A DNA stretch of 63,058 nt, the filler included. It is 9 parts of 9 records of this genome, joined end to end, with 100 filler letters (N's around TTAATTAATTAA, not from the genome) between each part and the next. Parts side by side here need not be neighbours in the genome. Positions count along the whole stretch, not along the records: positions 46,114 to 57,034 come from SRR31147125_10794; positions 57,135 to 63,058 come from SRR31147125_10811; 7 more parts are not named here. The stretch is one strand, 5' to 3'. Position 1 is the stretch's first letter, and every line of letters begins with the position of its first letter. Under the pieces are notes generated by a model. It was not told the origin of the DNA and searched no databases. It worked only from the letters and a program-made list of their open reading frames with translations. This document shows positions 51,545 through 62,132 of this stretch, in pieces. The translations under genes and the position numbers were made by a program.

Positions 51545-52447
51545 CTATTCAATAACCATAAAATCTCTGCCAACAACTACATCTCCATCATATTTCTCGG
51601 CAATTTCGTTTAACAGATCTTGTTCTGTATCGCCCCAAAATAGCAGATGGTATAAAACCAATTTTTCAGGTTTTACAATAGATGCCAACTCTCCAAGTTC
51701 GTAGGTAGAGGTATGGTTTGCAGCGTGGTATTTTTGCCAAAAGTCATTTCGCTTTGTCCAGCGATTATACGAGTATACTTCGTGAATTAATATATCGGCG
51801 CCCTCCGAATATTTCTCTATATTTTCACAAGGACGGGTGTCGCCTGAGATTACGATTGTTTTATCGGGAGTAGTAAATCGAAAGCCAAATGCATTTGTCC
51901 AGCCTCCGTGCACAACATGAAAAGCTTCTACTTTTATTAGCGAATCTTTGTACACTTCTCCGTCAACATCAAATTCATGAACATTTACTTTCCAGCCGTT
52001 TTCGTTGGCCGGTTCAAGTCCGTTTAAACGGTAATCAATATCGGCTTTGTACGCTTCCACAATATTGTCGGCAAGGTGTTTTGTTCCTACAGGTCCGTAT
52101 ATTTCCAACGGAACATCGCGCTCTAATACCCAAGGAGTTAATAATAAATCGGGCAATCCAATAGTATGATCGGAATGCAAATGTGTAAGAAAGGCAGTTT
52201 TTAGGTTTTTCGCAGCCAGTTGCGGATATTCCCCACCGTAGGCCGGTGTCATTTGTGCAGCTTGCCGAACCACTCCTGCGCCAAAATCGATTAAATACGG
52301 AGTATCGTTAACCAAAATTACAATGCCGGGACCGGAATGTGCCGGGTCGGGATTTGGAGTGCCTGTGCCGAGTAAAATAACTTTGGTTTGAGCCAAACCG
52401 CTACTAATAAACAAGCAAAAGAAGAATATACTGAACAAAAACCTCAT
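51545..52447 (-). CDS. Secreted MBL-fold metallohydrolase (RNase Z/AtsA-like)
   Basis: LLGTGTP, THLHSDH, ISGDT, ILIHE; signal peptide. Confidence 0.88.
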   Translation of the reverse strand: MRFLFSIFFFCLFISSGLAQTKVILLGTGTPNPDPAHSGPGIVILVNDTPYLIDFGAGVVRQAAQMTPAYGGEYPQLAAKNLKTAFLTHLHSDHTIGLPDLLLTPWVLERDVPLEIYGPVGTKHLADNIVEAYKADIDYRLNGLEPANENGWKVNVHEFDVDGEVYKDSLIKVEAFHVVHGGWTNAFGFRFTTPDKTIVISGDTRPCENIEKYSEGADILIHEVYSYNRWTKRNDFWQKYHAANHTSTYELGELASIVKPEKLVLYHLLFWGDTEQDLLNEIAEKYDGDVVVGRDFMVIE

Positions 52448-52570
52448 AAGTCAAAAATATATATGTAAAAAATCGCTATTGAAAGAATACTCTTTGTTCG
52501 TTCACTCAGAGAAATCTAACTTTTAATAAAAAAGGCAAGATAAAAATAGTTGCGAAATTTTCAGGTCTTC

Positions 52571-53578
52571 CTACACTTTCAAAATTTCTTCCCAAATTCC
52601 TCTATTTACCGGTATTCCCTTTTCCAAATTCTCTTCCCGGTTTTGAACCACCCTTTCTCCCGGATAACGAACCGGATTTTCAGGATCTATTAATTCCGAA
52701 TTTTTGAAATCTTCTACTATGTCGGAGACCGTTTTTTCAATAGATGGAAAATTACTTAACTTTTTAATGTCTATTGCAATAAAAACCTGCGAAACTCCGT
52801 ATTCTGCTTCCAGCTTGCTGAGTTCATTTGTGGATAAACCGGCAGAAAGAATTGTTGCTAAAATATCGAGTAAAAGCGATAATCCGGCACCTTTCCAATA
52901 ACCAATTGGTAAACCGCGCATGGTTTCCAAAATCTCATCGGGATTTGTAGTTAACTCGTCATTCTTATTGTAGCCACCCGAAAATGGCAGTTCTTTCCCT
53001 TCAATTTTTGTGGCTTCAATTTTTCCGTATGCAAACTGTGTCATTGCAAAATCGAGAACAATTGCCTCATCACCAGAAGGCACTGCAAATACCAGGGGAT
53101 TATTTCCCAATCTGCTGTCGCGAGCTCCCCAGGCCGGCATATTTTTTTCGGTGTTAGTCCAGCCAATAAACACAAAACCTTTTTTTGCTGCCTTCCAACC
53201 GTAGGTTCCGCCCCGCATCCAATGATTGGTATTTGCAATTGCTACACAACCAATCCCGTTATTTTGTGCAAGTTCCATGGCTCGGATTGAACAAAATTCA
53301 GCATTTAACGGCCCCGGGCCAAGGTTGCCATTCCACTGTTCCAAAGCGCCTGCCGAATGCACTTTTGTAGGCTCGGCATCCGGTTTTACATATCCCTTTT
53401 TAATGTAATCGACAAAACGTGGGAAACGGTACACCCCATGAGAATAAATACCTTCAATACTGTTTGTGGCAAATATTTCGGCACACTTTTCAGCTTTAGT
53501 TTTTGTAAAATCGAGCTTTAATAAAATCCGTTTGAATTCAGATTTCATTTCGTTAAAAGGTACTCTCACAGATTCCAT
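52571..53578 (-). CDS. yiaK: 3-dehydro-L-gulonate 2-dehydrogenase (Ldh_2 family)
   Basis: YSHGVYRFPRF, NTNHWMRGG, GNNP, GYWKGAGL. Confidence 0.9.
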   Translation of the reverse strand: MESVRVPFNEMKSEFKRILLKLDFTKTKAEKCAEIFATNSIEGIYSHGVYRFPRFVDYIKKGYVKPDAEPTKVHSAGALEQWNGNLGPGPLNAEFCSIRAMELAQNNGIGCVAIANTNHWMRGGTYGWKAAKKGFVFIGWTNTEKNMPAWGARDSRLGNNPLVFAVPSGDEAIVLDFAMTQFAYGKIEATKIEGKELPFSGGYNKNDELTTNPDEILETMRGLPIGYWKGAGLSLLLDILATILSAGLSTNELSKLEAEYGVSQVFIAIDIKKLSNFPSIEKTVSDIVEDFKNSELIDPENPVRYPGERVVQNREENLEKGIPVNRGIWEEILKV

Positions 53579-53901
53579 ATTAAATACTTTTGAGTTCGTT
53601 TTTTATTCTTTTCTTCCTTCGCCTTAAAAGCTTCTTCCAAATCAATTCCTTTTCGGTTGGCAATGGCACAGAGGTAAATAAAAATGTCGGTAAGTTCGTC
53701 GCCAACTTCAGTAAACGTTGAGTTAGAATCAATAAGCAATCCTTCAGTTTTTCGAACCGCTTTAAATAACTCGCCCACTTCTTCGCCCAGCAACAGGCAT
53801 TTGTCAATGGTTGTTTGAGGTGCAAATCCACGTTCTATTTCAAGTTCCGAAACGTATTTCTGAAAGTCGGTTAAGGTTGGTTTTTCTTTTAAATTGGGCA
53901 T
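53566..53901 (-). CDS. MazG-like nucleotide pyrophosphohydrolase
   Basis: EEVGELFKAVRK...DELTD. Confidence 0.88.
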   Translation of the reverse strand: MPNLKEKPTLTDFQKYVSELEIERGFAPQTTIDKCLLLGEEVGELFKAVRKTEGLLIDSNSTFTEVGDELTDIFIYLCAIANRKGIDLEEAFKAKEEKNKKRTQKYLIWNL

Positions 53902-53903
53902 AC

Positions 53904-54815
53904 TTATATTTTCTTTAAGGCAAATTTTACATTGTTTAATAAAACAGGAACTTTTTGATAAGGATCTCCGGCTCCTAATGTTTCAAGAGGCAAATAACCT
54001 CTGTAATCTGCATTCTTTATAATTTTAAACAGTTTAACAAAATCGGTTGGAGTTTCTTCTCCGTTAATCCAAACATTTTCTTTTATCTGCCAGGTAACAG
54101 CGTGTTTAATATTCCTTTTTATTTCTTCGTACGGATTATTTACCCGGTAACTTCCAATATCAAGATTTAGTCCGAGCCATTCCGAATCCACCATTTCAAA
54201 TATCCAGTTCACATCCTCGGCAGTTTTCAAAAATTCGTTATGGTTTTGAAGGGCGATAATTACTCCATATTTTTTTCCAATTTCGCAACAGCTTTTAAAA
54301 TCGTGGGCCATCCACTCATATACCTGCTCTCTGCTAAATCCTTCGTGAGTATGTTTTCCCGTAAAAACTCTTAAAGCTGGAACCCCCAATTTTGCTGAAG
54401 CAATTACCCAATTTTCAATCATTTTAATGTCCGACTTGCGACTTTCTTTATCGGGGGTTACAAAATTATTACGAATACCAGTACCACTTATGTCGAGGCC
54501 AAGAAGAAAAGCCCTTCGTTTAAATTTTTGGATAAAATCGTCGGTAGGAACTTCCGGATATCCGGGGAAGTAATAACCGGTAGGATCGATAGCATCGAAA
54601 TTATATTCAGCGCAAAAATCTAATACATCGAACAGGTCGATTTTTCCATCGCGTAAAAGACCATTAAACGAGTACACATTCAAACTGAGTTTAAATTTGT
54701 GTCCGAACTCTTTTGATATAGAATCTGCACTTGCTGAAAATGGATGAAATCCGGCAGCAACAAATGGAAGCGCCATCAATGATTTCACAAAGTTACGTCG
54801 TTTAGTTAGTTGCAT
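53904..54815 (-). CDS. Sugar phosphate isomerase/epimerase (TIM barrel), Tat signal
   Basis: KRRNFVK; LQNH; LDIGS; YRGYLPLE. Confidence 0.85.
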   Translation of the reverse strand: MQLTKRRNFVKSLMALPFVAAGFHPFSASADSISKEFGHKFKLSLNVYSFNGLLRDGKIDLFDVLDFCAEYNFDAIDPTGYYFPGYPEVPTDDFIQKFKRRAFLLGLDISGTGIRNNFVTPDKESRKSDIKMIENWVIASAKLGVPALRVFTGKHTHEGFSREQVYEWMAHDFKSCCEIGKKYGVIIALQNHNEFLKTAEDVNWIFEMVDSEWLGLNLDIGSYRVNNPYEEIKRNIKHAVTWQIKENVWINGEETPTDFVKLFKIIKNADYRGYLPLETLGAGDPYQKVPVLLNNVKFALKKI

Positions 54816-54817
54816 GC

Positions 54818-55768
54818 TTATTTAAATTTTATGATTGAATTTCTTTCGCGATTAACCACAAGTTGTGTAACATCGGGGCGCGAGTAATGTCCGGCAGGAT
54901 CAAAATTCTGACGTTCTTCTCGCACCCGGGCATAATCTATTTCGGCTGTAAAAATTCCTTCGGTGTGTAACTGTGGTTCAATTATCCATTTTGCATTGGG
55001 GCCGGCTAAACACGAACCGCCGTCGGTAAGAATATCTTCACAATTCTCTTTTATCAAATCGGCATGAGGAATATAATCGGGAATGTCGCTTTTGCGCATT
55101 AATCCGGAAACTGAAATAACAAACGACCGGCTTTCTTCTGCAATAAAACGCGTAATCATTTCAGTGTTACGAGCACTTCCCGGCCAAATGGCAATGTGCA
55201 AATCTTCGCCTTGTCCGTAAAGAGCAGTACGCGAAAGTGGCATCCAGTTTTCGTAACAGTTTAGTGCGCCAACAGTAAAGTTTTTCAATGGCTGAACCTG
55301 CAATCCGTGTCCGTCGCCAATGCTCCAAACCAAACGTTCGTCGTAGGTTGGCATTAGTTTTCGGTGTGTATGGGTAATTTGTCCTTCGGCATTAATATAC
55401 ACCAAGGTACAATACATGCTGTGCCCTCCACGGTCGGGCGCGCGTTCTACGGTTCCCAAAACCACAGTTATTTTTCGTTCTTTGGCAATTTTACAAACAT
55501 CATTTAAATGCCCGGCTCCAATTTGAACGCCTTGCTCTAAATAGTGCGCAAAAATTTCTTTTTGAAGCTGCGAATTAAATCGTGCACCTTCGGTACGTTC
55601 CACCCAAAACGGATAGCCCGGTACCAGAGCTTCGCCAAAAACAACCAGTTCGCAACCTTTTTGGGCAGCATCTTCAATAAAACTGCAAACTTTCTGAATT
55701 GTCTTTTCGCGGTCGAGCCAAACAGGAGCCATTTGCGCCAAACCAACTTTTAATTTATCCTGATTCAT
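54818..55768 (-). CDS. Nitrilase / carbon-nitrogen hydrolase
   Basis: FGEAL, HRKLMPT, LNCYEN (E-K-C triad), DPAGHYSRPD; likely start MNQDK. Confidence 0.92.
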   Translation of the reverse strand: MNQDKLKVGLAQMAPVWLDREKTIQKVCSFIEDAAQKGCELVVFGEALVPGYPFWVERTEGARFNSQLQKEIFAHYLEQGVQIGAGHLNDVCKIAKERKITVVLGTVERAPDRGGHSMYCTLVYINAEGQITHTHRKLMPTYDERLVWSIGDGHGLQVQPLKNFTVGALNCYENWMPLSRTALYGQGEDLHIAIWPGSARNTEMITRFIAEESRSFVISVSGLMRKSDIPDYIPHADLIKENCEDILTDGGSCLAGPNAKWIIEPQLHTEGIFTAEIDYARVREERQNFDPAGHYSRPDVTQLVVNRERNSIIKFK

Positions 55769-55839
55769 AATATAGCAATGGGCAAAGCGCATGGAGCAAA
55801 GAGCTTTTCTCCAGCCCTTTGCTCTCTGCACTCTGCGGT

Positions 55840-56553
55840 TTAACTAATGTTATACGGTGTTTCTATAATCACTTCTTTAACACAGGCTCCGGGCGAAAGA
55901 CTTAACAACCATTCTATTGTTTTAAATAAATCTTCGGGTTGAATCATTTGCCCGGCTTCGAGAGTTGTTCCTGCCTCGTAAGCCATTTTTGTATTTACCC
56001 AACCCGGACAAAGCGCTGTTACCCGAATTCCCAGTGGATTTAATTCGCGGTAAAGCGATTCGCTCAATCCAACCATCCCGAATTTTGAAGCGCTGTAAGC
56101 ACCGCTTCCGGCAAAACCAATTTTCCCGGATCGAGATGCCACATTAAAAATGAAACCTGATTTCTGCTTTTTCATAACCGGAACCACTTCTTTCAAAACA
56201 GAATACTGTGCAGTAAGATTTGTTGCCAATTGTTTCTCAAAATTCTCCTTCGAAAGCTCAAGTGAATTTCCGAAATATACTCCCGCATTATTCACCAGAA
56301 CATCAATTTGCCCAAACTCATTTACAATTTCAGCAATTTTTTTCTGCACCTCTTCCGAATTGGTAATATCCAATTGAAAAATGGCAGGCGTATGACAGTC
56401 GCTCTCTATTATTTCGTTATAAACAGAATATAAATCCTGCTGGTTTCGTCCAATTAATACGGCTTGATAATGCATTTGCGCCAGACCAATTGCAATAGTT
56501 TTCCCAATTCCTTTACTGGCCCCGGTAATTACAGCGACTTTTATTTTTAACAT
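55840..56553 (-). CDS. SDR oxidoreductase
   Basis: TGASKGIG, NNAG, YSASK. Confidence 0.93.
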   Translation of the reverse strand: MLKIKVAVITGASKGIGKTIAIGLAQMHYQAVLIGRNQQDLYSVYNEIIESDCHTPAIFQLDITNSEEVQKKIAEIVNEFGQIDVLVNNAGVYFGNSLELSKENFEKQLATNLTAQYSVLKEVVPVMKKQKSGFIFNVASRSGKIGFAGSGAYSASKFGMVGLSESLYRELNPLGIRVTALCPGWVNTKMAYEAGTTLEAGQMIQPEDLFKTIEWLLSLSPGACVKEVIIETPYNIS

Positions 56554-56664
56554 TTGATACGATTTGGGATTAAAGATAAAAATTGGCGAGCAGATTACGT
56601 AAGATTAGGTCAATCTTCTCAGATTATTTCAGTGATTATCTTCCAAATCAGAGTCATCTGCGTT

Positions 56665-57034
56665 CTATTGTTTTACTTCCAATAAAAATCCGCTCCCATG
56701 AATATTTTTTATTTCAATATCCGGGTCGCCTTTCAGAAATTTACGGAGTTTAGTGATAAAAACATCCATACTTCGAGCTGTAAAATAGCCGTCTTCGCCC
56801 CAAATTTTGCGCAGTGCAGTTTCACGCGAAAGTAGTTCGTTTTTATTTTGACATAGCAGTTTTAAGAGGTCAGCTTCTTTTGGTGAAAGCTTTTGTTTCT
56901 GCCCGTTTCTGGAAATGCTGCGTAGCTTTGAGTCGAACTCGTACGAACCAATTGTGAATACAGTTTCTTCTGAAATGGGCTGTGTTGATTGTCGTTTTAT
57001 AATTGCCTGAATTTTACAAAGCAAAACTTCGGTA
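56665..57034 (-). CDS. OmpR-family response regulator C-terminal fragment (RprY-like)
   Basis: LSPKEADLL, IWGEDGYFTARSMDVFITKLRK. Confidence 0.88.
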
Positions 57035-57134
57035 NNNNNNNNNNNNNNNNNNNNNNNNNNNNNNNNNNNNNNNNNNNNTTAATTAATTAANNNNNNNNNN
57101 NNNNNNNNNNNNNNNNNNNNNNNNNNNNNNNNNN
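57035..57134. other. Artificial contig linker
   Basis: N-run + TTAATTAATTAA + N-run. Confidence 0.98.
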
Positions 57135-57147
57135 GGATGTAAATATT

Positions 57148-58326
57148 GTGACTAACCAAGAGTTGAAAAATGAGTTTTTAGAGTTATATGGACAAAGTGA
57201 TGAAGATATAAGAATTTTTCAGGCGCCAGGCAGAATAAACCTTATTGGAGAGCATATCGACTACAACGGCGGAAATGTTTTTCCGCTAGCGTTGGATATG
57301 AACAACAAGATAATTGCTAGGCTCAATGGGACTGATAAAATAAACATGGCTGTAACGAGTCTTCCTAACAAAGAGAGCTTAGAGATTTCTGATTTGAGTC
57401 AGTATAAGGACTTGGAGTGGGGTAATTATCAAGCAGGGGTTGCATATTACCTTAAAGAAGAAGGATATAATATAGTTGGATGCGATTTGCTATACCATTG
57501 TGATGTGCCATATGGTGCGGCGCTTTCTTCTTCGGCAGCTATAGAGGTTTCTACTGCTGTATGCTTGGCTATGATGGCTGGTAAGAATGATTTAGTGATG
57601 GAGGACATTGCTGTTTTATGCCAAAGAGCTGAAAACGAATATGTTGGAATGAACTGCGGAATTATGGATCAGTTTATATCTGCTGTTGCTAAAAAAGATC
57701 ATGCAATCTTTTTGAATTGTGCTACGTTGGAATATGACTATGTTCCGCTAGAGCTTGGAGACTATACTATTGTAATTACAAATACAAACGCGCCTCATAA
57801 ACTTACAGATTCTCAGTATAATACAAGAAGAACGCAATCTGAACAGGCGCTTGATATCATTAATGCAAATGAAAATGAATATCAGTATCTTTGTGAAATC
57901 GACCCAGATAGACTGTATGATGTTCTTGATTATTTTGAAGGTGAAGAGGATGTTTTGTATAGAAGAGCCAAACATTGTATTACAGAACAGCAAAGAACTG
58001 TAATGATGGCAAGTGCGCTCAATAAAAGCGATATGAATCAGGTTGGCAGGATACTTTGTAAAGGCAATATATCTATTAGAGATGATTATGAATGTACTGG
58101 TAAAGAGTTAGATGCTGTATTTGATATCGCTATGAGAATTGACGGTGTTATAGGTTCTAGAATGACTGGTGGCGGCTTTGGCGGTTGTAACATAAGTATT
58201 GTCGAAAAAGATAAAGTGGAAGATTTTAAAAAGATCATGTCAGAGCAATATGAAAAAGCTGTTGGCTTAAAGCCAACTTTCTATAGCACTAATGCAGGAA
58301 ACGGAGCATGCGAAGTTTTTGAATAA
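57148..58326 (+). CDS. galK: Galactokinase
   Basis: GRINLIGEHIDYN, LSSSAA, CGIMDQ, RMTGGGFGGC. Confidence 0.95.
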   Translation: MTNQELKNEFLELYGQSDEDIRIFQAPGRINLIGEHIDYNGGNVFPLALDMNNKIIARLNGTDKINMAVTSLPNKESLEISDLSQYKDLEWGNYQAGVAYYLKEEGYNIVGCDLLYHCDVPYGAALSSSAAIEVSTAVCLAMMAGKNDLVMEDIAVLCQRAENEYVGMNCGIMDQFISAVAKKDHAIFLNCATLEYDYVPLELGDYTIVITNTNAPHKLTDSQYNTRRTQSEQALDIINANENEYQYLCEIDPDRLYDVLDYFEGEEDVLYRRAKHCITEQQRTVMMASALNKSDMNQVGRILCKGNISIRDDYECTGKELDAVFDIAMRIDGVIGSRMTGGGFGGCNISIVEKDKVEDFKKIMSEQYEKAVGLKPTFYSTNAGNGACEVFE

Positions 58327-58417
58327 TTAGACTTTGATTAAGAGAGATTTTAGATAATACTAATTAGTACAATAAAAAAGGCTGATGTGTTTTTTCACTC
58401 AGCCTTTTGAATGTTCA

Positions 58418-58875
58418 TTAATGATGATGATCGTGTTCAGCTTCGGATTTTGTCTTATGGACTGTACCGGGTTTGTGCTCTGGCGGAGCGTAAATTGAAT
58501 ATAGTTTTAATGGTGCATGACCTATGTTTGTTAAGTTATGCCATTTACCTTTAGGAATCAATATTGCATCACCTGCACATGCGCGTTTTTTATAAGTTAA
58601 GCAATCTTTACTATCACCCATTTCAACCAAACCACAGCCTTGCTCGATTCTGATAAATTGATCTACATCAGGATGAGATTCTAAGCCGATATCATCTCTT
58701 GGATTTATGCTCATAAGCGTAAGTTGCAAATTATCTCCTGTCCATATAGTTTTTCTAAAACAGTTATTTCTTCTTGTTTGTCTTTGAATATCAAATACGT
58801 AGGGTTCTTTTCCGTAGTCTTTATATTCGTAATCTTTACATGAATGATTTTTACAACATTTTTTGAATAATCCAT
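58418..58875 (-). CDS. Cupin domain protein (frameshift at T6 58859-58864)
   Basis: Restored frame DYGKEPYVF...FRKTIWTGDNLQLTLMSI...GLESHPDVDQF...WHNLTN...LYSIYAPPEH. Confidence 0.85.
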
Positions 58876-59033
58876 AACACTGCCTTTCTTATACATGTAT
58901 TTTTATTAAAAACGATTAGTATAAATGTACTTTATAACAATATATTCAACTATCTAAAAAAGCGTGTATGAAAAAAGCGATAAACAATTACGCTTATCGC
59001 TTTTAAAATTACGCATTCAATTTTTGGTTAAAA

Positions 59034-59957
59034 CTATTCAGCGGTTGCAGGCTCTGTTGTATCTGAAGTTACTCTGCCGTCTAAATCCATGTCTGGCATT
59101 TCAATCATAATACCATCTGTCTGTGAACCAGCCATAAAGTAAGGAAGAATTCCATTCCATCTTTTAATCCATTCAAGTTCCAAAATCTCTGGGCTTGATG
59201 CGATAGCAAGTGCAAGAATTTCTTTTTCTTTAGCTTCAGCTTCTGCTTGAATAATTCTTGTTTCAGCTTCAACTTCTGCTTGTGTTCTTCTTTGCTTTGC
59301 TGTTTCAACTTCTTTTTTAGCAACAGCTTCTGCACGGATAGCGTTTTCTACATCGTCACCTGCATCAGTGTCGATAAACGTAATGGAGTGAAGAGTGATA
59401 CCATCGTTGCTGAATCTATCTTGAAGATCAATTTCTATCCTCTTATAGACCTCTTCTCTTTTAGAACCTAGAATTTCAATGATGTTATAGTTAACACATG
59501 CATTTTCGATAGCTCTCTGTGCAGCTGGTGAAACAAGAAAGCTGTTTACGTTTTGGAGAGTCTTGAACTTTTTAAAAACATCAAATGCCTTATCTTTATC
59601 TATATAGTACTTTACGTCTACTGCGATAGTAAGATATTGGCTGTCTTTAGTTTGTCCAGAAAGATTCTCTATAGTCTTTGTTTGAACTTCTGTAGAAATC
59701 ATATACATTTCATCAAAAGGATTTTTTATGTTGAAACCTTCTTGATAAACTCTGTCCTGTACACCGCCTTTAAATGGTGAATATAAAATTCCAACAGCAT
59801 TTGCAGGAACTTTTGCGACGAAAGCTAAAAGCATTATTATGATACCTATTATAGAAAACAATTGCTTTGGGTTTGATTTCCATGTTCTGTCTTGCTTAAA
59901 ACCTAATGCAAAGAAAAGTAATAAAGTTACAACTAACCCTAAAACAAATAAACTCAT
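59034..59957 (-). CDS. SPFH/prohibitin family membrane protein
   Basis: Two N-terminal TMs; TKDSQ; AE-rich coiled coil; WIKRWNGILP. Confidence 0.88.
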   Translation of the reverse strand: MSLFVLGLVVTLLLFFALGFKQDRTWKSNPKQLFSIIGIIIMLLAFVAKVPANAVGILYSPFKGGVQDRVYQEGFNIKNPFDEMYMISTEVQTKTIENLSGQTKDSQYLTIAVDVKYYIDKDKAFDVFKKFKTLQNVNSFLVSPAAQRAIENACVNYNIIEILGSKREEVYKRIEIDLQDRFSNDGITLHSITFIDTDAGDDVENAIRAEAVAKKEVETAKQRRTQAEVEAETRIIQAEAEAKEKEILALAIASSPEILELEWIKRWNGILPYFMAGSQTDGIMIEMPDMDLDGRVTSDTTEPATAE

Positions 59958-60109
59958 TTTTTTCCTCCCTATATATTAATTTAATGTTAACAATACTATA
60001 TCATAATTAAATAAAAATTTCTGTATCTATATTATTAACAATAATGTAATTTTGAATTATGATTATCATGTGATATAATTATATTTCATACGGCAGGGGG
60101 GTTGAATAT

Positions 60110-60852
60110 TTGGAAATAAAAACGAAACGCAACCGAGACGATTTTATTTTTATAAGTGTGCTTGTTGCGCTTTCTATTGTGCTTTACATAGTGCATTTTT
60201 TAATTTTTAGGGATCTACATCATATTTTTATATTTGCATTGGAGGATTTGGCTTTTGTACCTATAGAGGTAATATTTGTATCGTTAATATTGCATAGGGT
60301 TATGACGGCTAATGAAAACAAAAAAAGCTTGCTAAGCTTTATATGGTTATTGAAGTCTTTTTTAATAGTATTGGATTTGAGATACTACATATAATGGCGA
60401 CAAAAGATTTAAATATTGAGCAGGTTCAGGATGATTTTATTATAGAGGAAAACTGGAATAAAAAGGCGACAATTAAAAAGATTAAAGCATATAAGCCCAA
60501 TTTGGATTTAGAACCTGAGGATTTTTCTGAACTTTATGGGATATTGGAGCAGGAAAAGGACAATATGCTGCGTATGATTGAAAACCCTATGCTCTTAGAA
60601 CACGAAACATTTTCAGAACTTTTGATGGCTGTTTTTCATATGTATAAAGAATTTAGCATGCGTGTGGATTTTAATGTGCTTACAGAATCGGATAAACTGC
60701 ATTTGATAAGTGATGTTGAAAGAGCGTATGTATTGCTTTGTATTGAATGGATAGAGTATCTTGAGCATATGCAGATACATTATCCTTATCTTTATAACTT
60801 TTCTATGAGGGTTAACCCATATGAAGAAGAAACTCACGCGGAGATAGATTGA
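60110..60852 (+). CDS. Conserved hypothetical membrane protein (frameshift at A7 near 60320-60326)
   Basis: Two ORFs join on adding one A; DLAFVPIEV, ENPMLLEHETFSELLMAVFH. Confidence 0.75.
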
Positions 60853-62075
60853 TGGATATTTTTATAATTATTTTGGTGTTAATATCGATAGGCTTGAATG
60901 TTTTTTTGATATATAGATTGATTATAAGTAAAGAAAAAGACACAAGTGTTTACCTTGATATGGTAAGGATTCATCTTGAAAACCAAAAGGATATGTTTAA
61001 AGATGAAATTGCTCAGGTGAAGACCCAAGGCTTAGAGCTTAATTCGCTTATTAGAAAAGATATGGTTTCGCTTTTCTCGGACTTTAATGGGTTGAATATA
61101 AAATCTATAAACGAGATATCAAAAAGCAACTCGGAGCAGATGGAAAGACTTAGACATTCTGTTGATAACTCACTTAAGAACATACAGAGTTCTAATGAGA
61201 TTAAGCTTGATGAGATGCGTAAGACTGTTGATGATAAGCTAAATGAAACGTTGGAAAAGAGGTTATCATCATCATTTCAAAGGGTTTCTAAGCAACTTGA
61301 GATGGTTTATACTAGCATGGGAGAAGTTAAACAGCTTGCTAATGGTGTTGGGGATTTAAAAAATGTACTCAGTAACGTAAAAGCAAGAGGGGGCTGGGGT
61401 GAAGTGCAGCTTGAAATTTTGATTGAAGATATGCTTGCTAAAAATCAATTTGAAAAAAATTACAGGATTGGCACAGGTGCTGTTGAATTTGCGATTAAGA
61501 TGCCAGGCAAGTTTGAGACACCAATTTATCTTCCTATAGATTCAAAATTCCCAATGGAGGATTATAATAGAATTATAGCAGCGCAAAAATCTGGTGATAT
61601 GGCGATGCTTGAATCTGCTAGAAAAGGCCTTGCTGCTAGGTTTAAAGAAGAAGGGAAAAAAATAAACCAAAAGTATATAAACCCACCGCAGACAACGGAG
61701 TTTGCTATTATGTTTATGCCAGTAGAGGGGCTTTATGCAGAAGCAATACAAGGCGGGCTTTTAGAAGAGTTGCAAAATAGATATCGCGTGGTAATAACGG
61801 GCCCTGCAACTTTGGCGGCACTTTTAAACAGTTTGCAGATGGGCTTTAAGACATTAGCGATTGAGCAAAAATCAGCTCAGGTATGGAAGACGTTATCGGA
61901 GATTAAAAAAGGTTTTTCAAACTTTAGCACAGTACTTGATAAGACGAGAAAAACATTGGAAACAGCGCAAAACCATCTAAGTGATGCATCTACAAAGACG
62001 AGGACGATTGAAACAAAGCTTAGAAAAGTTGAGATCATAGACGAGCCGAGCACACCTTTGGATTTAGATTCTTAA
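60849..62075 (+). CDS. rmuC: DNA recombination protein RmuC
   Basis: RGGWGEVQL, PIDSKFP, FAIMFMPVEGLY. Confidence 0.93.
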   Translation: MMDIFIIILVLISIGLNVFLIYRLIISKEKDTSVYLDMVRIHLENQKDMFKDEIAQVKTQGLELNSLIRKDMVSLFSDFNGLNIKSINEISKSNSEQMERLRHSVDNSLKNIQSSNEIKLDEMRKTVDDKLNETLEKRLSSSFQRVSKQLEMVYTSMGEVKQLANGVGDLKNVLSNVKARGGWGEVQLEILIEDMLAKNQFEKNYRIGTGAVEFAIKMPGKFETPIYLPIDSKFPMEDYNRIIAAQKSGDMAMLESARKGLAARFKEEGKKINQKYINPPQTTEFAIMFMPVEGLYAEAIQGGLLEELQNRYRVVITGPATLAALLNSLQMGFKTLAIEQKSAQVWKTLSEIKKGFSNFSTVLDKTRKTLETAQNHLSDASTKTRTIETKLRKVEIIDEPSTPLDLDS

Positions 62076-62132
62076 TGAATATTGAAGGTGTTCATGGTAT
62101 AATATTTGTATATTAAGCATGAGGTGGAAATA

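Noticed and set aside
53566-53901. MazG-like gene as an anti-phage component
   Set aside because: It is embedded in a metabolic gene string (epimerase, yiaK, nitrilase) with no defence context.
5642-57134. Recurrent TTAATTAATTAA within N-runs as a biological repeat or CRISPR
   Set aside because: Identical 100-nt spacer with stops in all six frames: an artificial concatenation linker. Gene adjacency across linkers is meaningless.
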